Below are positions 1-14,177 of a stretch of DNA of 64,000 nucleotides, piece after piece (position 1 is the stretch's first letter; every line of letters starts with the position of its first letter). The stretch covers positions 1 through 64,000 of the forward strand of contig JAQGDQ010000704.1 of NCBI GenBank assembly GCA_030141605.1, given 5' to 3'. The notes beneath the pieces are model-generated. The model saw only the letters and a program-made list of their open reading frames with translations, did not search any database and was not told the DNA's origin. The position numbers and the translations under genes are program-made. The DNA comes from Tubiluchus corallicola. Its lineage: Eukaryota > Animalia > Priapulida.

Positions 1-825
1 TTACACATTTTACCTGGGATTATGTACAGAAGGTCGAGTGAATATTTTTTTACTTTTGTGACATTATCAGCAACAAGAAAGACCAGTACAGCAGTCATTT
101 ATACCTTGCGCACAACAATGATTTTTATAAATGCTTTTACACATTTTACCTGGGATTATGTACAGAAGGTCGAGTGAATATTTTTTTACTTTTGTGACAT
201 TATCAGCAACAAGAAAGATCAGTACAGCGGTCATTTATACCTTGCGCACAACAATGATTTTTATAAATGCTTTTACACATTTTACCTGGGATTATGTACA
301 GAAGGTAGAGTGAATATTTTTTTACTTTTGTGACATTATCAGCAACAAGAAAGACCAGTACAGCAGTCATTTATACCTTGCACACAATAATGATTTTTAT
401 AAATGCTTTTACACATTTTACCTGGGATTATGTACAGAAGGTAGAGTGAATATTTTTTTACTTTTGTGACATTATCAGCAACAAGAAAGACCAGTACAGC
501 GGTCATTTATACCTTGCGCACAACAATGATTTTTATAAATGCTTTTACACATTTTACCTGGGATTATGTACAGAAGGTAGAGTGAATATTTTTTTACTTT
601 TGTGACATTATCAGCAACAAGAAAGACCAGTACAGCGGTCATTTATACCTTGCGCACAACAATGATTTTTATAAATGCTTTTACACATTTTACCTGGGAT
701 TATGTACAGAAGGTAGAGTGAATATTTTTTTACTTTTGTGACATTATCAGCAACAAGAAAGACCAGTACAGCGGTCATTTATACCTTGCACACAATAATG
801 ATTTTTATTACCGCTTTTACATACA
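1..825. repeat. Tandem repeat, 136-bp unit (~6 copies, runs off window)
   Basis: TTACACATTTTACC recurs at 1, 137, 274 and onward. Confidence 0.95.
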
Positions 826-1034
826 TTATTTGGGATCAGAAGACAAATGTAATAAATGATAAGGTTTGACTCTGTAAATAAACAACAAGATTTTGAATCG
901 CTCATTCGAAGAGTAAAAAAGAAGGTCTATCAGCTGACCAGGTACATAAAAATATAGTACGGAAGTACACCGTATGTGAAATGTAGTACATAACGTGTTG
1001 TACCAAAGTACACTGGTACGCCAAACAAAAACTC

Positions 1035-2110
1035 TGTCAGGTAGACAAAATAGAAATTAAATACAGATGTACTCAGGCAGACAGAGTAGAACTTAATTAC
1101 AGATGCACTCAGGTAGACACAGTAGAAATTAATTACAGGTGTACTCAGGTAGACACAGTAGAAATTAATTACAGGTGTACTCAGGTAGACACAGTAGAAA
1201 TTAAATACAGGTGTACTCAGGTAGACAGAGTAGAAATTAATTACAGGTGTACTCAGGTAGACAAAGTAGAAATTAATTACAGGTGTACTCAGGTAGACAA
1301 AGTAGAAATTAATTACAGGTGCACTCAGGTAGACAGAGTAGAAATTAATTACAGGTGTACTCAGGTAGACAAAGTAGAAATTAAATACAGGTGTACTCAG
1401 GCAGACAGAGTAGAAATTAATTACAGGTGTACTCAGGCAGACAGAGTAGAAATTAATTACAGGTGCACTCAGGTAGACAGAGTAGAAATTAATTACAGGT
1501 GCACTCAGGCAGACAGAGTAGAAATTAATTACAGGTGTACTCAGGTAGACAAAGTAGAAATTAATTACAGGTGCACTCAGGTAGACAGAGTAGAAATTAA
1601 TTACAGGTGCACTCAGGTAGACACAGTAGAAATTAATTACAGGTGTACTCAGGTAGACACAGTAGAAATTAATTACAGGTGTACTCAGGTAGACAAAGTA
1701 GAAATTAATTACAGGTGCACTCAGGTAGACACAGTAGAAATTAATTACAGGTGTACTCAGGTAGACACAGTAGAAATTAATTACAGGTGTACTCAGGTAG
1801 ACAGAGTAGAAATTAATTACAGGTGTACTCAGGTAGACAAAGTAGAAATTAATTACAGGTGCACTCAGGTAGACAGAGTAGAAATTAATTACAGGTGCAC
1901 TCAGGTAGACACAGTAGAAATTAATTACAGGTGTACTCAGGTAGACACAGTAGAAATTAATTACAGGTGTACTCAGGTAGACAAAGTAGAAATTAATTAC
2001 AGGTGCACTCAGGTAGACACAGTAGAAATTAATTACAGGTGTACTCAGGTAGACACAGTAGAAATTAATTACAGGTGTACTCAGGTAGACAAAGTAGAAA
2101 TTAATTACAA
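1035..2110. repeat. Minisatellite, 36-bp unit (~30 copies)
   Basis: GTACTCAGGTAGACACAGTAGAAATTAATTACAGGT. Confidence 0.97.
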
Positions 2111-3039
2111 TGACAACCAACCATAATCACTTTGGAATGTAAGCAAAATGGGATAAATTACAAGAAATTCGACACTTTTCAAATTTCTTCACGGGGAACA
2201 GCAGGGATGTCGTATCTAAGAAACACCCTTCTAGTCTCATGCGCTACAACATTTATCTAAAAATATCGGCTAAATTAAAAACCTAATACAATTGTACTCA
2301 CAACAACTGTCCCTACCACGGACATTTATATAGCCACAATTTTACAATCATAATGCGTACAAACGTCTACAACCGCTCACGGGATCACATGACTACAACC
2401 GCTCACGGGATCACATGACTACAATACATTGTATAACATATTCATCAATGCTCCGATCACAATAAGTAAAATAAATAAATATGATTTCATAAAATAAATA
2501 TTATTTTTCAACGACATCTTTGGTATTATGACATTTTGATATAATACTTATTTACCTGTGACACCACGAAAATAAATAAACAAACATTTTGACCAGAATT
2601 ACCTGGATAAAACACCTGATTGCGATTACGTTCACATAAATTCCAACTCATAATAACTTGTAAATGTTATCACACCTGTAAATGTTATCACACCTTTCAG
2701 AAAATTACAACTTATTGAAAGAAAAACTCATTCTCTACTATAAATAATTTCCATCCTCGATTATAGATGACATTAATTATTGTAAAAATAAGGCTGTAAT
2801 AATATTATTTTTCATCGATGACAATATCTTTGGTACTAAAACATTTTGATACAAATACGCCTAAAGTCGTACGATACATAACAAGCTCATAAGTTGTTTG
2901 TGCATTTTTGATTCACTTTTGCCATTTCACAAGTTTATATTTAAAAAACGTAATTAGCCTAGTACAGATTAAACGCCTTGCATTTTCAACTGCTTTGGAT
3001 GTTAGCAATGCCCGTGTTAAAGTCAACCACTGTTCAATG

Positions 3040-5748
3040 CACTGATTCAAACCTATCTACAGTACACTCTACAGCTGCAGCTTGAATTACTGCACTGATT
3101 GTTACGTATCTACAGTACACTCTACAGCTGCAGCTTGAATTACTGCACTGATTGCTACGTATCTACAGTACACTTTACAGCTGTAGCTTGAATTACAGCG
3201 CTGATTGCTACGTATCTACAGTACACTCCACAGCTGCAGCTTGAATTACTGCACTGATTATTATGTATCTACAGTACACTCTACAGCTGCAGCTTGAATT
3301 ACTGCACTGATTATTATGTATCTACAGTACACTCTACAGCTCCAGCTTGAATTACTGCACTGATTATTATGTATCTACAGTACACTCTACAGCTGCAGCT
3401 TGAATTACTGCACTGATTGTTACGTATCTACAGTAAACTCCACAGCTGCAGCTTGAATTACAGCACTGATTGTTACGTATCTACAGTACACTCTACAGCT
3501 GCAGCTTGAATTACTGCACTGATTGTTACGTATCTACAGTAAACTCTACAGCTGCAGCTTGAATACTGCACTGATTGTTACGTATCTACAGTACACTCTA
3601 CAGCTGCAGCTTGAATTACAGCACTGATTGTTACATATCTACAGTACACTCTACAGCTGCAGCTTGAATTACAGCACTGATTGTTACATATCTACAGTAC
3701 ACTCCACAGCTGCAGCTTGAATTACAGCACTGATTGTTACGTATCTACAGTACACACAGCTGCAGCTTGAATACTGACTGATTGTTACATATCACAGTAC
3801 ACACAGCTGCAGCTTGAATTACTGCACTGATTGTTACATATCTACAGTACACTCCACAGCTGCAGCTTGAATTACTGCACTGATTGTTACATATCTACAG
3901 TACACTCTACAGCTGCAGCTTGAATTACTGCACTGATTGTTACATATCTACAGTACACTCTACAGCTGCAGCTTGAATTACAGCACTGATTGTTACATAT
4001 CTACAGTACACTCTACAGCTGCAGCTTGAATTACAGCACTGATTGTTACATATCTACAGTACACTCTACAGCTGCAGCTTGAATTACAGCACTGATTGTT
4101 ACGTATCTACAGTACACTCCACAGCTGCAGCTTGAATTACTGCACTGATTGTTACGTATCTACAGTACACTCTACAGCTGCAGCTTGAATTACTGCACTG
4201 ATTGTTACATGTCTACAGTACACTCCACAGCTGCAGCTTGAATTACAGCAATGATTGTTACGTATCTACAGTACACTCTACAGCTGCAGCTTGAATTACA
4301 GCACTGATTGTTACGTATCTACAGTACACTCTACAGCTGCAGCTTGAATTACTGCACTGATTGTTACGTATCTACAGTACACTCCACAGCTGCAGCTTGA
4401 ATTACAGCAATGATTGTTACGTATCTACAGTACACTCCACAGCTGTAGCTTGAATTACTGCACTGATTGTTACGTTTCTACAGTAAACTCTACAGCTGTA
4501 GCTGGAATACTGCACTGATTGTTACGTATCTACAGTACACCCCACAGCTGCAGCTTGAATTACTGCACTGATTGTTACGTATCTACAGTACACTCCACAG
4601 CTGTAGCTTGAATTACAGCACTGATTGTTACATATCTACAGTACACTCTACAGCTGCAGCTTGAATTACAGCACTGATTGTTACGTTTCTACAGTACACC
4701 CCACAGCTGCAGCTTGAATTACTGCACTGATTGTTACATATCTACAGTACACTCTACAGCTGCAGCTTGAATTACTGCACTGATTGTTACGTATCTACAG
4801 TACACTCTACAGCTGCAGCTTGAATTACAGCACTGATTGTTACATATCAACAGTACACTCCACAGCTGCAGCTTGAATTACTGCACTGATTGTTACGTAT
4901 CTACAGTACACCCCACAGCTGCAGCTTGAATTACTGCACTGATTGTTACATATCTACAGTACACTCTACAGCTGCAGCTTGAATTACAGCACTGATTGTT
5001 ACGTGTCTACAGTACACTCCACAGCTGCAGCTTGAATTACTGCACTGATTGTTACGTATCTACAGTACACTCTACAGCTGCAGCTTGAATTACAGCACTG
5101 ATTGTTACGTATCTACAGTACACTCCACAGCTGCAGCTTGAATTACTGCACTGATTGTTACATATCTACAGTACACTCTACAGCTGCAGCTTGAATTACT
5201 GCACTGATTGTTACGTATCTACAGTACACTCCACAGCTGCAGCTTGAATTACTGCACTGATTGTTACGTATCTACAGTACACTCTACAGCTGCAGCTTGA
5301 ATTACAGCACTGATTGTTACGTATCTACAGTACACTCCACAGCTGCAGCTTGAATACTGCACTGATTGTTACGTATCTACAGTACACTCTACAGCTGCAG
5401 CTTGAATTACAGCACTGATTGTTACGTATCTACAGTACACTCTACAGCTGCAGCTTGAATTACAGCACTGATTGTTACGTATCTACAGTACACTCTACAG
5501 CTGCAGCTTGAATTACAGCACTGATTGTTACGTATCTACAGTACACTCTACAGCTGCAGCTTGAATTACAGCAATGATTGTTACGTATCTACAGTACACT
5601 CCACCGCTGCAGCTTGAATTACAGCACTAATTGTTACGTTTCTACAGTACACTCCACAGCTGCAGCTTGAATTACTTCACTGATTGTTACATATCTACAG
5701 TACACTCTACAGCTGCAGCTTGAATTACAGCACTGATTAACCTACAGT
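3040..5748. repeat. Minisatellite, 53-bp unit (~51 copies)
   Basis: TATCTACAGTACACTCTACAGCTGCAGCTTGAATTACTGCACTGATTGTTACG. Confidence 0.97.
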
Positions 5749-5751
5749 AAA

Positions 5752-6047
5752 GGCATATTCAGACTAGGGAGCTTTCTCACCAGTAACTCGCAAGCGTGTT
5801 CAGACTTAGAGAGCAAAACTTGCTGTGAGTTACTCTCCGGCAGTAAGCACGAGGCTGACCCTCACTTCTCTATTCACTGCGTGAACTCGCCAAGCGTTGA
5901 GAGTAACTCGCTAGACAGGAGTTTACACTAGACAGTAACTCACAGCAACTGTCAGACAGTTTGCAATTCTTGCCGACAGTAACTCACAAAGTAGTTCACA
6001 CTTGCGAGTTTGCTATCGGAGAGAAAAACTGCTAATCTGAACGTGCC
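5752..6047. mobile_element. MITE-like element with imperfect TIRs
   Basis: GGCATATTCAGACTAG...CTAATCTGAACGTGCC plus further inverted similarity (ACTCGCAAG/CTTGCGAGT); no clean TSD. Confidence 0.6.
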
Positions 6048-6450
6048 ACAGATAACATAACAGTTTTTGGTAACTAACACCATCGTAATTAAATTAATCG
6101 GCAGCCTATATCTAATAGAAAACACTTTAAATTTCTAAGGATTCATCAATGATTTTTCTCACCCTTGTTACATTTTTTCCACAAAACTTCGAAGAAAATA
6201 AAGAAAAAAGAACAAATAGAAGAAAAAACCTGAGCCGAGCTAAAAATTTGTTACACCCGGCTATTTACTAATTAGTAATTAGTAATTACCATTAGTAATT
6301 CACTAATAACTAAAGAAACAGGAAGTGAAATCGCAGCGGTTCACTTCGGCTCACTTAGTCATCGATACTTTTCTATCAATTTTCTTCCTCGTTAAACTAA
6401 TCGATGAATACTTTTTTTGGTACGGCGAACACGGCAGCTTTTACCCGACC

Positions 6451-6560
6451 TCACAAGCTCCCTGTCTCCGCCGCTTGATCGACGATTCCGTAAAGTTTTC
6501 CCACGCGGCGGAGCCACTGCGACAACGCTTGCTTGACGCAGACGTCCGTGCTGTGACACA
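6451..6560 (-). CDS. ARFGEF3: ARFGEF3/BIG3-like terminal coding exon
   Basis: Encodes VCHSTDVCVKQALSQWLRRVGKLYGIVDQAAETGSL*, with TGA at 6451-6453. Confidence 0.9.
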
Positions 6561-6840
6561 CTGAAAAAGACAATGACGTAAGCAACAGTGCGACACGACA
6601 AGACAACGGCAATTGTTTCATGCTGCAGAAAAGTATCAAGGTGAAGATGCAATACATTCTGTAGCCGGCAACAGGAAAAAACAGAATATTCTCTTTTATT
6701 AGCATACGAATACGATTATATATATATATGTTTTTGAGTCAGTTAGGTTACTTATTCTATTAAATGTGAGTGTACACATGCACGCACACACACACACACA
6801 ACACACACACAACACATGCATGCGCACACACACGCTTGCG

Positions 6841-6872
<32 letters not shown>

Positions 6873-7611
6873 ACACGCACACAACACATGCAAGTGCTCA
6901 CACACGCATGCTCACACACAACACACACACTCGCACACATAACACACACACACATGCACGCGCGCACACACACGCATGCACACACAACACACACACAACA
7001 TACACAACACACACACTACGGCATTCGTGTTAAACAATTGAACTTCAGTATTTGTTCTGGGAAATGATTTATCTATTTACTCATTTATTTAATAAATGCT
7101 TATTTATTTATGTTATTGACTGTTATGGTGTGTTTTCCGTCACGAGGTTTCTCTCTGTGTGCTGATTTAAACTTGTATGGCCCCCTCTTTTCTGTTATAA
7201 ATTGGTTTCCTTTTAAACACACACGCACGCACACACACACACACACGCACGCACGCACGCGCACGCATGCACACACACACACACACACACACATGTTACT
7301 TGGTTACAAAAGTTGACCTGTACGTCACCTTGGCTATTCTTACGACCTAACATTGACCTTCGGATCTCATGAAACTATCGCAGGACAAAGAGACTAATTT
7401 CATCAATTGATTAGCTATTTAAGAAACACAGAAAATGAAAAAGATCCATAATTTCGAGCACATTATGTTGTACTATTTCAAAGTAAAAAAAGAGGGGTTT
7501 AGGCTGTAGCTTAGCGAATGGGAGGGGCGGCTATGTGAGCAAATTTTCCAAAATTGGCACCTCCTTAACAATTTTCTTAACCCTTTAGTTCACATCATGA
7601 TAAACACGCAC

Positions 7612-7738
7612 CTAGTTGGTCAATGCTGGAAAACATGAGCGGCATCAGCAGTCGGAATTCTTCGTCATTCAGTTGCTGCAAGATGTGAAGTAGCGTCAGA
7701 ATCATCTCGGTCCACGACTGCATGTGCGCCTCGCCGTC
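7612..7738 (-). CDS. ARFGEF3: ARFGEF3/BIG3-like exon (not in ORF track)
   Basis: Manual translation DGEAHMQSWTEMILTLLHILQQLNDEEFRLLMPLMFSSIDQL. Confidence 0.9.
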
Positions 7739-8496
7739 CTGGAAGAAGTGATCAAATCAGTCGTTTTAAAACGATTGTTCACAATTTTCTGAAGCGGCAG
7801 CCTCGGTAATTTTAGCTGCGAACGGCAGCCACTGGCCATTAACACCAGAAAAATGTGCGTACTACAATCATTGTCTGCCATATTCCAACAAAATATTGTA
7901 GTGTTTTATACGTCATTTCTATTAAAAAATAAATAAGAAAGGACATTTTACAAATTTGCATTTAATTCTGTAGTTCTAGACTTTACTAAACACAAAATCA
8001 CGCATTAAATAAACCTAATTTGGTAATTTTACTAATTTATACCACGTTCTATCGAATTTATAAGATTGTCGTTCATTAAACTAAAATGTTCAAAGTGATC
8101 AGTTCATAATAATTCAAAATAATACAGAATGATGTATTTACTTACATCGTATGTCTCCATAAAGCAAATATTACCAATATATCTAGGTCTCTTACCAAAT
8201 ACCAAATCTAGTATTTACCAATATATCTGACAAATTATGCCACTATCATACTGTGAAAAACTACTTTTAAAGAAGCCTGTTAACGTCTACCAACTAACTC
8301 ACTTGCCCAGGTAGAAACAGATCTGCACAGGTGAGTGCCCGTGGTCACGTGACCAACGAGACACTTGGCAAAATTCCCTACAATGTATGAAAGTTTTGAA
8401 ATTCGTAAAAAGATTAGCAAACAGTCTATATTTGGGTGAATTAAGCGACTGATTCTATTAATCGTGGATCTTATAAGCAGCACCTACTATATAAAC

Positions 8497-8998
8497 CAGG
8501 GGTGTGCAAATTGCGGACCGCAGGCCACTTGCGGCCCGCCGAGAGAATTTGTGCGGCCCCGCGAAGAGATTTGCCAACCAAATGAAAGTGCGGCCCGGGC
8601 GATTAATTGAGTGTATCCAGCTGAAGTCCGTGCCACGATCCCAAAGATAGTGCGGGTAGTTTTTTCTACTAGATCGGATGCCATTAACCCTTACAAGACG
8701 GTTGTAGCTTAATGTCACTGTACTACACAGACTGTGTGATACACATTACCAATATGCATTGTAATGAAATTACCACTATCTGTCCTGAAAGTAGAAATAT
8801 ATGGTTTGTAATATAAATTTTAATAACTTCTAAAATAGTTTCTTGAGTGTAGTAGTAATGATGTACGCAGGTCGGATGCAAAAAAAATCGTTATTAGGCC
8901 TTTCTGTACTTGGCTCCTTGATCAAACTGCCTGTGGCTCACAAGAATTGAGGGAAAGTTTAATGTGGCCCGGCTAGTCAGATAATTTGCACACCCCTG
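8497..8998 (+). mobile_element. hAT-like MITE family A, copy 1
   Basis: TIR CAGGGGTGTGCAAATT; degenerate 8-bp TSD; homologous to 28627-29085 and 57498-57981. Confidence 0.85.
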
Positions 8999-9037
8999 AT
9001 GTAAATTAACCATACTGAGGTCTTGAGAGTCAAATAC

Positions 9038-9240
9038 CTTCAGAATGGACGATTGCTGCTGTTTCTCGACTTCGTTCAGAATTGGATCGTCCGATTTGGG
9101 CGTCGTCTTTTTGGGCAGGAATTTCGCCATCTGTTCCTTCTTGGCTTTGGTCGGCATGGCGCGCTGATGCTTGCGTTTCTTGTACTCGCTGAGCAATGAT
9201 TTCACCTCCCTTGCTGTCGTCACATTGTAAACCTTGGAAT
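9038..9240 (-). CDS. ARFGEF3: ARFGEF3/BIG3-like exon
   Basis: Encodes SKVYNVTTAREVKSLLSEYKKRKHQRAMP...QQQSSILK; contains the EYKKRK motif of BIG3. Confidence 0.9.
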
Positions 9241-9271
9241 CTACAAAAATTTTATTCCTCCAAGTTATACT

Positions 9272-10104
9272 TTTATAAAAACATTTAATACATTTGTAAA
9301 ATACATTTATAAAAACATTTAATACATTTGTAAACTACATTTATAAAAACATTTAATACATTTGTAAAATACATTTATAAAAACATTTAATACATTTGTA
9401 AAATACATTTATAAAAACATTTAATACATTTGTAAAATACATTTATAAAAACATTTAATACATTTGTAAAATACATTTATAAAAACATTTAATACATTTG
9501 TAAAATACATTTACAAAAACATTTAATACATTTATAAAATACATTTACAAAAACATTTAATACATTTATAAAATACATTTACAAAAACATTTAAAACATT
9601 TATAAAATACATTTACAAAAACATTTAATACATTTATAAAATACATTTACAAAAACATTTAATACATTTATAAAATACATTTACAAAAACATTTAATACA
9701 TTTATAAAATACATTTACAAAAACATTTAATACATTTATAAAATACATTTACAAAAACATTTAATACATTTATAAAATACACTTACAAAAACATTTAATA
9801 CATTTATAAAATACACTTACAAAAACATTTAATACATTTATAAAATACATTTACAAAAACATTTAATACATTTATAAAATACATTTACAAAAACATTTAA
9901 TACATTTATAAAATACATTTACAAAAACATTTAATACATTTATAAAATACATTTACAAAAACATTTAATACATTTATAAAATACATTTACAAAAACATTT
10001 AATACATTTATAAAATACATTTACAAAAACATTTAATACATTTATAAAATACATTTACAAAAACATTTAATACATTTACAAAAACATTTAATACATTTAT
10101 AAAA
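9272..10104. repeat. AT-rich minisatellite, 34-bp unit
   Basis: ACATTTAATACATTT(G/A)TAAAATACATTTA(T/C)AAAA. Confidence 0.95.
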
Positions 10105-10113
10105 TTTTCAATT

Positions 10114-10306
10114 GGGCATGTCACCAGAAGGGACCGGAAATGAACAACTCCCTGCTGCCGTAGATTTGCATGACAGCCACCAGGTGGCAGGATGAGACGG
10201 AACAGTTTCTGGTGGCATTGTTCAGGACTTGCAACGACCTCTGCGATGCCTATGCCGAGATCATTTTAGATCAGGATAGTAATCATTCGGCAGCTGATAG
10301 AATCTC
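10114..10306 (+). pseudogene. Inverted partial copy of BIG3 exon 14178-14644 (matches ~14208-14400)
   Basis: Translates RWQDETEQFLVALFRTCNDLCDAYAEIILDQDSNHSAADRIS; about 90% nucleotide identity by eye. Confidence 0.93.
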
Positions 10307-10934
10307 TTCTTCATTACTTATTATTGTTGTTGTTGTTGTTGTTGTTATTGTTTTACGACAACGACAACGACCACCACCACCACCACTACTATCATCACTA
10401 TTATTATTATTATTACGGCACCTACGTATTAGCTTTGTATCGGTAAACACAGACAATTGGCAAATTCTGACTGACGTCTTCGCGCTTTTGTCCGGCAAAC
10501 CGACACATGAATCGTATATAATAATTTCGCTGGTATGGGCTTAATATATATATATATATATATATCCATTTCGCACGATTTTCGCTCAGAAAACTGCTGA
10601 CGCAAAGCCATTGTTCTGACGTCATCCATTATACTCTACCTATAACCTTATAACTTTAATTCAGTAAAAGCTGCTGACTTTGCATTAAAAATGAGGACTA
10701 TGTAGGATGTTTGCGCATTTTTGATTATAAGTGGATTTATACGCAAATTTTTTGCGGGGCCTTTGCTAGTGTAATACAAAGACATACTTCCCCGTTACCA
10801 CTTTTGTAAGTTTCTTTATCTAAATAATTAAAAAGAAATGAAGAGTTACAGAAAGTCTTTCGTAATTTTTTACAACTTCTAAATCGCGCAAAATTTTCTT
10901 TATTGGCATTAAAGAAATTCTAATATTCAATTTA

Positions 10935-11389
10935 CCGTATTTTCCCGTGTATAAGAGACCCTTTTTTGCTCAGAATTTTCACTTTAAAAATAGGGGGTCA
11001 CTTATACATGGGAGTAAGTCTTTTCAATAAGATGCATAAATTGTGACACTAACGATTTTAAAGAAATAAGTGCTCTACAACTGTTTTGCGTGTGGCGTTC
11101 GACTATGAAGCGGTTGTAAGCAATACAAGCATCGTGACACAGGCATTATCTCCTCGTTTTCTCTTTTCCTGTTACAGGTTTGCAGGTACGCACTTTAATA
11201 TATACCAGTACTCTTTTTCTACGACACATTAACTGGTTTTATTTTGTTTTCAGTACCGCACTGAGTTGAAAAAAGTTGTACTCTACCCTCCAAAAATGTC
11301 CGTCTGAAAAAACTTTTTTCCAGAATTTTTGCCTAAAAATTGAAGGGGTCTCTTATACACAAGGGTCTCTTATACACGGGAAAATACGG
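10935..11389. mobile_element. Tc1/mariner-type MITE
   Basis: Perfect TIR CCGTATTTTCCCGTGTATAAGAGACCC with TA TSD. Confidence 0.88.
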
Positions 11390-11423
11390 TAACTACTGAC
11401 TAACTACTAAAGACAAAGTTTAC

Positions 11424-11598
11424 CGTCACGTTTCTTGATCGGATCCGCCGCCACAAGAGAACCGGTGGGAGAGTCCGGAACTTTGTACACGTCTTGGACG
11501 TTGGATGCAACGACCGTCGCCACGGCAACCGGATCTATCGCATCGCTGCTCGCGCTGCTCATTTTGTGCCTTCTTTCGAACATCGGTAATTCGTCGGG
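11424..11598 (-). CDS. ARFGEF3: ARFGEF3/BIG3-like exon (low-conservation linker)
   Basis: Encodes PDELPMFERRHK...ADPIKKRD; phases 0/1 fit both neighbours. Confidence 0.75.
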
Positions 11599-12529
11599 CT
11601 GAGGAAAAAGAAGATTATTACGATTAGTAACGATTCTCAAATTTTTCTGTTAGCTGCCGAGAACTGGATAAACGTTCGGTGATCGTAATGTCTGCGAGTT
11701 CCACTAGATGGCGACACATTTTTGTTTATAGTGGCATGTGACTGTATGGCCGAATAAATGGTGCATTAAACATAACATAGACATAGACATAGACAAAAAC
11801 ATTTTATTTATCTCCTCATTTACACCAGAATACAAGCAGACTATTATTGTTATAGTTATTAATTAAAAAGGATAAATTATGCATAAAGGAAAGAGTTAAG
11901 GGGGTGCAGGAGAAGGGGTAGCGAAAGATCAATTGGTCGTCAAGTCAGCTACCCTTCACAGGTTAGTGTAACTTGTAAAAAATTTGTAGCGCTGCTAATT
12001 AAAAGGTGTGAGTAATTATGAAGTAAGTTAAGAAAATTAACTGTTAACATAAATTTATGGGGGGGGGGGGAGAAATTAAACTTGAGAGCGAAATAACTAG
12101 ATAGGCTATGCAACAAAGAAATAAAATGAAAAATATGAAATGATGATTAACAAAATACGTAAAGCATTTAACTAACCGATTAAAACATAAAACAAACTAG
12201 AAAGAAGTCAAACCAAAAGAAAAAATAAAACATAAATAATAAATCAGTGAAAGAAATGAACAACAACACTAGTACTGAAATGAGCCAACCAAACTACTTG
12301 ATAAAGGTATCGATAATTAAGTATTGATAATTATGTTTATTGTCTTTAAAAAACATCAAATGGACAGAAAAATCTTCGAATAGTTGTAAAACCTATAATA
12401 CTGATAAACCATGCAGTTGAGTATGTGATTGTTCAATTCACTAAATAAATTTTCAAACTTGATGGTTGCAATATGTGTAAAATTGTCTATCTTCATAGCC
12501 AGTCTGACACATGATTAAAGGCTATTTAC

Positions 12530-12710
12530 GACTCACTACTACGACTCCATGACTTCGACTCCACGACTCCAACCCCACTACTCTGACTCCACGACTCCAA
12601 CCCCACTACTCTGACTCCACGACTCCAACCCCACTACTCGGACTCCACGACTCCAACCCCACTACTCTGACTCCACGACTCCAACCCCACTACTACGACT
12701 CCATGACTAT
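12530..12710. repeat. 28-bp minisatellite
   Basis: CCACGACTCCAACCCCACTACTCTGACT. Confidence 0.85.
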
Positions 12711-13497
12711 GATACTGAAAAACCATGCAGTTGAGTATGTGACTTTAAGTGAGCCTTAAAGAGTGAAATTTTTTTTAAATAGTTACGAATATGAATTATG
12801 TGATTAGCTGTCAGTGCACTACTTACTTGTAATACAATTCACCATACTGCTTACTTGTATATACAACGATATACATATACTCATATATGTACCCAAATTT
12901 AAGTGGGGGAGAAGAGATTAAATTATACATTATACTTGTAGTAACAAGAACATTTATATATAATTGATGGTAGTAATGTAGCCATCATTAAAGATGGGCT
13001 ATGGGGAGGGAGCGGGGAAAATTATACGAATATAAGTGATTCATATAATTATAGTGGCATGCGACTGTCTGGGAGAACAAACGGTGGATGAAACATAACA
13101 GTGCTTTATGAGAATCATTGGGACTTGTGAGAAATTAAAGGAGGCATCAACTTGTGTTTGCAGACTATCCCAAAGAAACAATAGCAAATAAAGGTTCTTT
13201 ATTAAAAAGGTTCTTTCAAAAACGTCTAAAACAATTTTCTATATTATTTTGTGGCATTTGGCTACAGCAAACTAACTCGCAGGTTGGTACAAATGTAACT
13301 GAAGCTAATTTAGTATAAACACTGTGTCACGAAATACCGTAAAATCCTCTAATATCATAAAAAAATAACTCGCAAATCAGAAAAAAATTGAAAAAAATGC
13401 CAGATAATCTAGACCCAAGCATCATCATTACACTAACAATTGAGCACTTAAGCATCTCAAAAATCTTTTGAAAAGGGGATAGTTTAAAAATATGTAA

Positions 13498-14153
13498 AGG
13501 AAAACCGGATGATTGTGTAAACACGAGTTCAGAATAAAGAATGCTCTAAAATGTTGAAAACTACAATAGTTTTTTTTAAATCAAAGCTTAGATTAAATGA
13601 TAATTACCTCGGATACTCAAATTTCTTTAAGCTTTCAAAGCTACGCGCGGCTCAGTGAATCTACTAAGATTGGCAGCGGCGCCTTTTTGTCACGTGCGCG
13701 TGGCCGACAAATAGAAGGCGGTACCGTGATAAGCATGATCATGAACTGCAGTGTTAGTTTCTGACGTCATATGATGTAGAGTCCATTTTCGTGACAGCAC
13801 GCATTTAAACAGTACTGTAACACTTACACAAACCTACCGTGATAACCAAGATCATGAACTGCAGTGTTAGTTTCTGACGTCATCTGACATAAAGCCTATT
13901 TTCATGACATCACGCGTTTAAGCAGTACTGTAACATTTACGCAAACGTGTTTGACGCGCAAGGGAGATGCCTGCCATTGCACAAACTGTGGTCAGTTTCT
14001 GACGCAAGCAATATCTGCGTTCGGTAGTCGTTAAATTTCTAACCTAATTATTCAAATATAAGAAACAATTGTTAACTTTTATAGGCAAGAAAATGCATAT
14101 TTTGGACAGTAAATTAAAATGAGATTGAGTCTAAACAATCGTCCGGTCTTCCT
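13498..14153 (+). mobile_element. Kolobok-like non-autonomous element family B, copy 1
   Basis: TIR AGGAA(A/G)ACCGGA(T/C)GATTGT; TTAA on the right flank and GTAA on the left. Confidence 0.75.
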
Positions 14154-14177
14154 TTAATGTTTTCTATAAAAACTTAC

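Noticed and set aside
930-2120. 396-aa repetitive ORF (VINFYCVYLSTP)n
   Set aside because: By-product of a 36-bp stop-free minisatellite; no unique domain or other coding evidence.
1035-5748. Regular 36- and 53-bp repeats resembling CRISPR arrays
   Set aside because: Head-to-tail repeats with no unique spacers, no cas genes and a eukaryotic context.
8458-8718. Thrice-recurring ORF MTLSYNRLVRVNG (also 28883 and 57481)
   Set aside because: It lies inside MITE family A, has a non-ATG start, variable C-termini and no transposase motifs.
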